A stretch of DNA of 64,000 nucleotides, taken from the NCBI GenBank assembly GCA_030390025.1, contig JASTWF010000034.1:4278001-4342000 (forward strand), given 5' to 3'. The position numbers and the translations under genes were made by a program. The DNA comes from Squalus acanthias. Its lineage: Eukaryota. This document shows, one piece after another, positions 34,715-45,960 of this stretch (its first letter is position 1; each line of letters begins with the position of its first letter). The notes under the pieces were generated by a model that was not told the DNA's origin, did no database searches, and worked only from the letters and a program-made list of their open reading frames with translations.

Positions 34715-37385
34715 AGGGCCCTGTTTGGTGTTAGGGACTGATGTGTTGGATCAATATGGCGCGGTAATAGATTACAATCGGGACTGTGTTTGGATGGGAT
34801 TGAGAAATAATGCAAAAGTGACAGAAATTTCAGATGCTCACCCGGTTTTTGCTATTATAATGCTATCCGAGTTTGATCCTCCGGGGAGCGAAGATGAAAC
34901 TGTGGCAAAACTAATTCAGGAACACCTAGCGGTGCCGGCCACGTGCAAGCACGATTGTGGAAAAATGGGAGGCGATGAGTCTATTGAGGGACACCCCCAC
35001 TCATTCAGCAAACAGTACCCCATCCCAAGAGAGAATCACCCGAGACACCATAAAATCTCTAGTCGAGAAGGGTGTTGTTAGGACAGGCACTTCCACAATC
35101 AATTCACCCACATGGCCGGTTAAAAAGCCTGATAGCAGCTGGCGACTGACTATTGATTACAGAAAGTTAAATTCTGTAACGCCAGCCTGCTCACCGGTAG
35201 TAAGAGAAGCTCCCACCATATTATCTCAAATTGCTGCTGGTTCCAAGTACTTCTCGACCCTCGACATCGCCAATTGATTCTGGAGTATCCCTTTTAAAAG
35301 GGAGGACCAGTACAAATTCACGTTCACATTTGAGGACCAGAGCTACACCTGGACATGCCTGTCTCAGGGGTTCCACAATGCCCCCCATGATCTTCCACAA
35401 AAGAATGGCTGCAGTTTTAAAAGACTTTTCCCGCCCTACCTGCTTGCTACAGTATGTCGGCGATCTACTGCTGGCAACCGATAACATGGAGGAGCATCGG
35501 TCCCTTTTGCACGAACTGTTGACATTGTTGGCTCAGGCGGGACTAAATGTGAATCCCCGTAAGGCTCAGTTGGTAAAAGAGCGGGTCACCTTTCTGGGAA
35601 TGTCCATTTCTCCAGAGGGATCGTCTCCCGACTCCCACAAGGTGGAGATAATACAGCGACTACCATGACCCTCTTCCAAAACAGCCCTACGATCATTCTT
35701 GGGTTTGGTGGGCTACCAAAGGGACTTTATCCCAGGCTTTGCAGAGTACGCAAACTCCTGTATGATTTGATAAAACTGCAGGGTGATGACAAACTCCCGG
35801 CCTGGACTGATTCTCACACCCAGTCCGTGGCCAAATTAAAAACTGCAGTGATACAGGTCGCATGTCTGATTCCTCCGGTCCCACGCAGCCCTTCCATTTG
35901 GAGGTCGGGGCCACAGAAAAAAGCCTCGCCGCAGTTCTGTGCCAAACGCGAGCTGATCGACTACCGACCATTGCATATGCGTCTGGAATCCTGCGAGCGC
36001 CACCTGCTGGCCGTCTTCTGGGCGGTACATCATTTTACCTTTTTTCTGGCTGCAAGCTACCATCCTTCACAGCGCTCATACGCCTCTGAGCCTGCTGATG
36101 AAACCTGGAGATTCGCTAGTTTCCTCGCAGCACCTCAGCAAATGGACATTGGAATTTATGGAAAGAGACATTGGTATCATTTCCAAACCCACCACATTGG
36201 TGCCACAATTTCTGGTTTATGCGGGGGAACCGCATGAATGTCCGCTACCCCTGATTAACTTTGAGACCCATCCTGTGCAGAAAGAGCCCATACAGGGAGC
36301 CCCAGATGTCTACGTCGATGGGTCCTCATATCACATCGAGGGATGCCCCCACACCGGGTATGCTGTGGTATTGCCAGAGACAACCGTCCAGCGATGATGC
36401 AACCGACAGTCCACACAATATGCAGAAATCGCCGCACTTCTAAGCACCGTGATAGAAACCTCAGATAGGCCCGTGAATATTTGGTCCGATAGTGCCTATG
36501 CTATAAACACCATGCTCTCCTTGCCCCTATACCACAAAAATGACTACCGTACAATTGACGGTAACGAACTGGTCCATGGGGCCTGGTTACGCCTGCTCTG
36601 GTCATACCTTAAACAGCGATCCCATCCCTGTTTCATAGAAAATGTAGCAGCCCATAGAAAAGTTGTCCACAAAGTGAGGGAAATTCCAGAGCAGACAGAG
36701 CAGCCAAGGACGCTGCGATTTATGGGGAGATAGAGGATATAGATGTTGAGCCCTGAAACGGCTCCCCAACATTCACCTAGATTTAAATTCCCTGCAGCAG
36801 CAATACTGGCCATACGCCGTTGTAAGCGCCTGGCACGAGGGAGGCAGATCCTTTCCTCAACCGACAGCCTGGGCCCCCAATACCAGACTAGCCACTGACC
36901 CTGACTCAGCGGAGTAGTTGGTGATGTTGAAAAGAAAGCCATACGTCTGCCCGGTGTTGTGTGTTCCACCAGAGCTGGGTCAGGAACTGCTGTCCCTCTT
37001 TCACACCTACACAACGGCAGGGCACTATTCGGCCCTGGCAATCTTCAGTAAGTCAGCAACCACAGCTTGGTGGTCTTCCATGAGGGAAACAATCAACCAA
37101 ATGTGGCACGATGCCGACCGTGCCTGCAGCCCAATCCTCCCACGTGCACTAACCCAGCCTTGTTTCAAAGCGCGCCCCCACCTCAAGGGCCGTGGACCCA
37201 CCTCCAAATAGACGTCATTGGGCCACTTCCACAGGTGCAAGGCAATTCTTGGCATGCCCTTGTGGTGGTGGATCAATTCACAAAATGTATCGAAGAATTC
37301 CCCTTCCGCTCCCACACCGCAATCACGGATGACAAAACACTATTAAATCATATGTTATGTCGGTGGGGTGTACCGGTAAAAGTGA
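34715..37385 (+). mobile_element. Degenerate endogenous retrovirus-like element B: protease end, RT, tether RNase H, RNase H, integrase N-terminus
   Basis: VLGTDVL; QYPIP; NSPTWPVKKPDSSWRLTIDYRKLN; FSTLDIAN; LQYVGDLL; PFHLEVGATEKSLAAVLCQ...CERHLLAVFWAVHHF; VYVDGSS...NIWSDSAYA...VAAH; H..AGH..WW..CRPC; PWTHLQIDVIGPLP. Many frameshifts and stops. Confidence 0.92.
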
Positions 37386-40300
37386 ACAAGGGAATATAGT
37401 TAATTGTTAATTTGACATGACACCCTCTACACCGGGAAATAAATTTACGGTTAATTGTTAATTTGACATGATGCCCCCTGCACCTGGGAATAAAGTTACA
37501 GTTAATTGTTAATTTGACATGATACCCTCTGCACTGGGGAATAAAGTTACAGTCAATTGTTAATTTGACATGATACACTCTACACCAGGGAATAAATTTA
37601 CAGTTAATTGTTAATTTGACATGATTGCCTCTACACCGGGGAATAAAGTTACAGTTAATTTTTAATTTGACATGATGGCTTCTACAACTGGGAATAAATT
37701 TACAATTAATTGTTAATTTGACAAGATTCCCTTTACACTGTGGAATAAATTTACAGTTCAAGTTAGTTAGACATGTTACCTCTACACCAGGGAATAAAGT
37801 TACAGTAAATTGTTAATTTGACATGATACCCTCTACACCAGGGAATAAAGTTACCGTGAATTTTTAATTTGAGATGATATCCTCAACACGGGGGAATAAA
37901 GTTACAGTTAATTGTTAACTTAGACATAATGCCCTCTACACCAGTGAATAAAGTTAAAGTTAATTTTTAATTTAGACATGATGTCAGCTACACCAGGGAA
38001 TACATTTACAGTTCATTGTTAATTTGAAATGCTACCCTCTACACCGGGGAATAAAGTAAAAGTTAATTGTTAATTTGACATGATACCCTCTACAGCGGAA
38101 GCAAATTTACAGTTAATTGTTAATTTGACATGATGCTCTCTCTACTGGGGAATAAATTTACAGTTAATTGTTAATTTACACATTATACCCGCTACACCGG
38201 GGAATAAATTGGCAGTTAATTGTTAATTTAGATATGATGCACTCTACAAAAGGGAATGAAGTTACAGTTTATTGTTAGTTTGAAATGATACCCTCTACAG
38301 CACGGACTAAAGTTACAGTTAATTGTTAATTTGACATGACACCCTCTACACCAGGGAATAAAGTTACAGTTATTTGTTAATTAGTGTTGATACCCCTCTA
38401 CACTGGGGAATACAGTTTCAGTTAATTGTTTATTTAGAAATGATGCCCTCTGCACAAGGGAATAATGTTTCAGTTAATTGTTAATTTGACATGATACCCT
38501 GTTTAACGGGGAACAAATTTACAGTTAATTGTTAGTTTTACATGATGCCCTCTACACCGGGGAATAAAGTTACAGTAAATTGCTAATTTTGTATGACACG
38601 CTCTACACCGGGAAATAAATTTACAGTTAATTGTTAATTTGACATGATGCCCTCTACACCGGGGAATAAAGTTACAGTAAATTGTTAATTTGACATGACA
38701 CCCTCTACACCGGGGAATAAAGTTACAGTTAATTGTTAATTTGACATGATTCAATCTACAACAGGGAACAAATTTACAGTTAATTGTTAATTTGACATTA
38801 TACACTCTACACCAGGGAATACAAATAGAGTTAATTGTTAATTTGACATGATACCCTCTACACCGGGGAATAAAGTTCCAATGAATTTTCAATTTGTCAT
38901 GATAACCTCTACACCAGGGAATAAAATTAAACTTAATTATTAATTAGACATGATGCCCTCTAAACCAGGGCAGAAAGTTACAGTTAATTGTTAATTTAAT
39001 ATGATATCCTTTACACTGTGGAATAAAGTCACAGTTATTTGTTTATTAGACATGACACCCTCTACACCGGGGAATAAAGCTACAATGAATTTTTAGTTTG
39101 ATGTGATACCCATACACCGCGGAATAAAGTTACAGTTAATTGTTAATTTGACATGATACAATCTACACCAGGGAATAAAATAACAGTGAATTGTTAATTT
39201 GATATTTACCCTGCACAGTGCGGAATAAATTAACAGTTAATTGTTAATTTGCCATGATACCCTCTACACCGGGAAATAAAGTTACAGTTAATTGTTAATT
39301 TGACATGATATCCTCCACACCAGGGAATAAAGCAACAGTTATTTGTTAAATTGACTTGATACCCTTTACACCAGGGAGTAAAATAACAGGTAATTATTAA
39401 TTTGGCAAGATATCCTCAACACCGAGGAATAAAGTTACAGTTAATTGTTAAATTGACATGATACCCTCTACACCGGGAAATAAAGTTACAGTTAATTGTT
39501 AAATTGACATGATACCCACTGCACCGGGGAATAAAGTTTCAGTTAAATGTTAATTTGACATGATACCCTCTACACCGGGAAATAAAGTTACAGTTTATGG
39601 CTGATTTGGCATGATACCCTCTACACCGGGGAATAAAGTTACAGTTAATTGTTAAATTGACATGATACCCACTGCACCGGGGAATAAAGTTTCAGTTAAA
39701 TGTTAATTTGACATGATACCCTCTACACCGGGGAATAAAGTTACAGTTAATTGTTAAATTGAAATGATATCCTCTACACCAGGGAATAAAGTTACAGTTA
39801 ATTGTTAATTTAACATGATACCCTTCACACTCTGGAACAAATTAATAGTTATTTGTTAATTAGACATGATATCCTCTATACTGAGGAATAAAGCTACCGT
39901 GGAAGTTTAATTTGACATGATACCCTCTACACCGTGGAAAATAGTTCCACTTAAGTGTGAATTTAGACATGATACAGCAGAGAATAAAATTACAGTTAAT
40001 TGTTAATTTGACAGGATGCCCTCTACACCGGGGAATAATGATACAGTTAATTCTTAACTTAGAAATAATTCCCTCTACTCCGGGGAATAAAGTTACAGTT
40101 AATTGTTAATTTGACAGGATGCCCTCTACACCGGGGAATAATGTTACAGTTAATTACTAAGTTAGAAATAATACCCTCTACTCCGGGGAATAAAGTTACA
40201 GTTAATTATTTATTTGACATGATACACACTACTCCAGGGAAATAATTGACACTTAATTGTTAATTTGACATGAAGATCTCTACACCAGGGAATAAATTTA

Positions 40301-43300
40301 AAGTTAATTGTTAATTTGACATGATGCCCTCTACACGGGGGAATAATGTTACATTCAATTGTTAATTTAGACATGATACCCTCTACAACGAGGAATTGTG
40401 TTACAATCAATTGTGAATTTGAAATGATAACCTCTACATCAGGGAATAAACTTACAATTAATGTTTAATTTGACATGATGCCTTCTACACCGGGGAATAA
40501 AGTTACACTTAATTATTAATTTGACATGATACGCTCTACACCAGAGAATAAAGTTACAGTTCATTGTTAATTTAGACATGATACCCTCTATAGCGGGGAA
40601 TAACGTTACAGATAATTGTTAATTTAGACATGAAATCCTCGACACTGTGGAATAAATTTACAGTTAATTGTTAATTCCGACTTGATATCCTCTGAGCCAG
40701 AGAAAAAAGTTACAGTTGATTGTTAATTTGACATGATACCCTCTAAACCGGGTAATAAAGTTACAGTTAATTGTTAATTTGATATGATATCCTCTTCACC
40801 GGGGAATAAAGGTACAGTTAATTGTTAACTTGACATGATATCCTGTAAACTGGGGAATGAAGGAATAGTTAATTGTTCATTTAGACATGATACCCTCTAC
40901 ACTGAGGAATAAAGTTACAGTCAATTGTTAATTTGACATGATACCCACTACATCGGGGAATAAAATTTAAGCTAAATGTTGATTTTACATGATACCCTCT
41001 ACATCAGGGAATAAAGTTATAGTTAATTGTTAATTTGGACATGATTCTCCTTACATCGGGGAATAAAGTTACAGTTAATTGTTAAATTGACATGATGCCC
41101 TCTACACCGGGGAATTAAGTTACAGTTAATTGTTAATTTAGATATGATTCCCTCTTCCCCGGGGAATAAAGTTACAGTTAATTATTATATTGACATGATA
41201 CATACTACAGAAGGGAATAATGTTACAGTTAATTTTTAATTTTGACATGATATCCTCTGCACTGGGGAAAAAGTGACAGTTAATTGTCAATTTTACATGA
41301 TGCCCTCTACACCGGGGAATAAAGTTACAGTTAATTGTTAATTTGACGTGATGCCTCTACACCAGGGAATAAAGTTACAGTTAATTGTTAATTTGACATT
41401 ATATCATCTGCACTGGGGAAAAAGTCACAGCTAATTGTTAATTTTACAAGATGCCCTCTACACCGGGGAATATTGTTAAACTTAATTGTTCATTTTCTCA
41501 TGATACCCTTTACACTGGGGAATAAAGTTGAAGTTGATTGTTAATTTGACATGATACCCTCTACACTGTGGAATAATGTTACATTCAATTGTTTTTTTTG
41601 ACATGAAACCTTTGCACTGGGGAATAAAGATACAGTCAATTGTTAATTTGAAATGATACCCTCTGCACCGGGAAATAAAGTTACAGTTAATTGTTAATTT
41701 AGACCTGAAACCCTCTACACCGGGGAATAAAGTTGCAGTTAATGGTTAATTTGACAGGATTCCCTCTGCATTGTGGAATAAAGTTACAGTTAATTGCTAA
41801 TTAAGACATGATTCCCTCTACACTGGGGAATATAGTAATAGTTAATTCATAATTTGACAAGATACACTCTACACCAGGGAATAAAGTTACAGTTCATTGT
41901 TAATTTAGACATGATACCCTCTACAACGGGGAATAATGTTTCAGTTAATTGTTAAATTGACATGATACCCTCTACACCGGGGAATAAAGTTACAGTTAAT
42001 TGTTAATTTAGACATGATATCCTCTACACTGTGGAATAAAGTTAAAGTTAATTGATAATTTAGACATGGTATCATCTACACCAGAGAGCAAAGTTACAGT
42101 TCATTTTAATTTACACGTTATACCCTCTACACCAGGAAATAAAGTTACAGTTCATTGTTATTGAGACATGTTAACCTCTACACCGGGGAATGAAGCTACA
42201 GTTAATTGTTAATTTGACATGATACCCTTTCCACCGGGGAATGAAGGTACAGTTGATTGTTAATTTGACATGATACCCTCTACACCAGGTAATACATTTA
42301 CAGTTAATTGTTAATTTGACATGATACCCTCTACACCGGGGATTAAAGTTACAGTTAATTGTTAATTTAGACATGATATCCTCTACACTGTGGAATAATG
42401 TTACAGTTAATTGATTATTTAGACATGGTATCATCTACACCAGAGAACAAAGTTACAGTTCATTTTTATTTTAGACATTATATCCTCGACACCGGGGAAT
42501 AAATTACAGTTCATTGTTAATTGAGACATGTCAACCAATACACCGGGTAATAAAGTTACAGTTAATTGTTATTTTAGACATGATACCCTCGACACTGTGG
42601 AATAAAGTTACAGTTAATTGTTAATTTGACATGATACCCTCTACACCGGGTAAAAAAGTTACAGTTAATTGTTAATTTGACATGATACCCTCTACACCGG
42701 GGAATAAAGTTACAGTTAATTGTTAATTTGACATGATATCCTCTGCACCAGGGAAAAAAGTTACAATAACTTGTTAATTTGATATAATACCGTCTACACC
42801 AGGGAATACATTTCCAGTTAATTGTTAATTTGACATGATATATTCTTCACCAGAAATAAAGTTACAGTTAATTTTTAATTTGACATGATATCGTCTACAC
42901 CTGGGCATGAAGTTTAAGTTAATTATTAATTTGACATGATTCCCTCTACACCGGGAACAAATTACAAGTCAATTGTTAATTTAGACATGATTCCCCACTA
43001 CAGCAGGGAATAATGTTACAGTTAATTATTAATTTGACCTGATACACACTGCACCAGGGAATGACGTTACAGTTCATTGTTAATTTGAAATGATATCCTT
43101 TACACTGGGGAATAAAGTTACAGTTAATTGTTAATTTGACATGATATCCTCTGCACCATGGAAAAAAGTTACAATAACTTGTTCATTTTACATGATGCCC
43201 TCTGCACCGTGGACTAAAATTACAGTTAATTGATAATTTGACATGCAATCCTCTACACCAGGAAAAAAGATCCAGTTAATTGATAATTTAGACATGATAC

Positions 43301-44865
43301 CCGCTACACCAGAGAATAAAGTTACAGTTAATTGTTAATTTGACATGACATCCTCTACCTTGTGGAATAAAGTTACAGTCAATTGTTAATTTTACATGAT
43401 TCCCTGTGCACCGTGGAATAATTTAGCAGTCAATTGTTAATTTGACAGGATGTCCTCTACACCGGGAATTAAAGTTACATTTAATTGTTCATTTTGACAT
43501 GATGCCCTCTGCACTGTGGAAAAAGTTACAGTTTATTGTTAATTTAGACATGATACCCTCTACGCCAGAGAATAAAGTTACAGTTAATTGTTAAGTTGAC
43601 ATGATATCCTCTGCACCAGGGAAAAAAGTTACAATAACTTGTTAATTTTGCATGATGCCCTATACACCGGGGAATAATATTACAGTTAATTGATAATTTG
43701 ACATGATACCCTCTACTCCGGGAAATAAATTTACAGTTAATTGTTAATTTGACATGACATCCTCTACCTTGTGGAATAAAGTAACAGTCAATTGTTAATT
43801 TTACATGATTCCCTGTGCACCGTGGAATAATTTAGCAGTCAATTGTTAATTTGACAGGATGTCCTCTGCACCGGGAATTAAAGTTACATTTAATTGTTCA
43901 TTTTGACATGATGCCCTCTGCACTGTGGAAAAAGTTACAGTTTATTGTTAATTTAGACATGATACCCTCTACGCCAGAGAATAAAGTTACAGTTAATTGT
44001 TAAGTTGACATGATATCCTCTGCACCAGGGAAAAAAGTTACAATAACTTGTTAATTTGATATAATACCGTCTACACCAGGGAATACATTTCCAGTTAATT
44101 GTTAATTTGACATGATATATTCTTCACCAGAAATAAAGTTACAGTTAATTTTTAATTTGACATGATATCGTCTACACTGGGGCATGAAGTTTAAGTTAAT
44201 TATTAATTTGACATGATTCCCTCTACACCGGGAACAAATTACAAGTCAATTGTTAATTTAGACATGATTCCCCACTACAGCAGGGAATAATGTTACAGTT
44301 AATTATTAATTTGACCTGATACACACTGCACCAGGGAATGACGTTACAGTTCATTGTTAATTTGAAATGATATCCTTTACACTGGGGAATAAAGTTACAG
44401 TTACTTGTTAATTTGACATGATATCCTCTGCACCATGGAAAAAAGTTACAATAACTTGTTCATTTTACATGATGCCCTCTGCACCGTGGACTAAAATTAC
44501 AGTTAATTGATAATTTGACATGCAATCCTCTACACCAGGACAAAAGATCCAGTTAATTGATAATTTAGACATGATACCCGCTACACCAGAGAATAAAGTT
44601 CCAGTTAATTGTTAATTTTACATGATACCATCTACACCGGGAAATAAATTTACAGTTAATTGTTAATTTGACATGATATCCTCTGCACCAGGGAAAAAAG
44701 TTAAAATAACTTGTTAATTTTACATGATGCCCTATACACCGGGGAATAATATTACAGTTAATTGATAATTTGACATGATACCCTCTACTCCGGGAAATAA
44801 ATTTACAGTTAATTGTTAATTTGACATGACATCCTCTACCTTGTGGAATAAAGTTACAGTCAATT

Positions 44866-45960
44866 GTGCCGGGTGAAGGGGAAGGGGTGCTGGGGGTGAT
44901 AGAGGAGTGGACTAGGGTGTCTCGGAGGGAGCGGTCCCTACGGAATGCTGAAAGGGGAGGTGAGGGGAAGATACATTTGGTGGTGGGATCAAGTTGGAGG
45001 TGGCAGAAATGGCGGAGGATGATCCGTTGAATGTGGAGGCTGGTGGGGTGAAAGGTGAGGACAAGGGGAACTCTATCGTGGTTCCGGGAGGGAGGGGCCG
45101 GGGTGAGGGCAGAAGTGCGGGAGATGGAACGGACACGGTCGCGTGCAAGCGCAGGAGATGCAACACCTGCCATTATACATCCCCCCTTCCCACTCTCCAG
45201 GGCCCCAAACACCCCTTCCAGGTGAAACAGCGATTTACTTGTACTTCTTGCAATCTAGTATACTGTATTCGCTGCTCACGATGTGGTCTCCTCTACATTG
45301 GGGAGACCAAGCGCAGATTGGGTGACCGCTTTGCGGAACACCTCCGTTCAGTCCGGAAGGGTGACCCCGAGCTTCCGGTCGCTTGTCATTTTAAATCACC
45401 CCTCCACGCTCACTCAGACCTCACCGTCCTCGGCCTCTTGCATTGTTCCACGGAAGCGCAGCGTAAGCTCCAGGAACAGCACCTCATCTTCCGTTTAGGC
45501 ACTTTACAGCCTTCCGGACTCAATATCGAGTTCAACAATTTCAGATCATAACCCCGGCCCCTACCACATATGTATACATTTTATCCACTCTTTTGGTCCG
45601 TGCCTTTTTCCTTTTTTTCTCTCTCTCCCCCCACGGCAGCTGTCTCTGATTCTGCCAGCATTTCACACCTTACCTTTAGTTTCTCAACCTGTCTCATTAC
45701 CATCTCGTCTTGCCTTGAGCATCTCTCAATGTCTCTACTCACTAAAGACCATCCCTTTTGTTCTTTTATTCCTCCCCCCAGCCTCCCCCTTGCATTTTTA
45801 TCTGTTTATTTCTTGCTCTCTCAGTTCCGACGAAGGGTTTCGACCTGAAACGTTAACTCTCTTTCTCTCTCCACGGATGTTGCCTGGTCTGCTGAGTTTT
45901 TCCAGCGTTTTCTGTTGTTATTTCGGATTTCCAGCATCCGCAGTATATTGCTATCGTATT
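44866..45960 (+). mobile_element. Penelope-like retroelement (Neptune-type), 5'-truncated with inverted 5' segment
   Basis: Plus strand 45144-45551: CKRRRCNTC...CTSCNLVYCIRCSRCGLLYIGETKRRLGDRFAEH...RKLQEQHLIFRLGTLQPSGLN (Cys linker plus GIY-YIG). Minus strand 45143-44866: DRVPLVLTFHP...PLSAFRRDRSLRDTLVHS (upstream thumb/linker). 3' UTR with hammerhead motif. Confidence 0.93.
45823..45858 (+). ncRNA. Minimal hammerhead ribozyme variant (CCGACGA core)
   Basis: AGUU-CCGACGA-A-GGGU-UUCG-ACCU-GAAA-CGUU-AACU: 4-bp helix I, UUCG-capped helix II, palindromic ACGU helix III, U4C core change. Confidence 0.72.

Noticed and set aside
32045..37385. Domesticated host gene (NYNRIN/GIN-like) or one inverted duplication
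   Set aside because: Numerous stops and frameshifts, and the two halves are too diverged to be copies of one insertion.
44994..45551. Standalone 185-aa GIY-YIG gene
   Set aside because: Its first 50 residues are the antisense of the inverted segment, so the ORF is a chimera created by the inversion.
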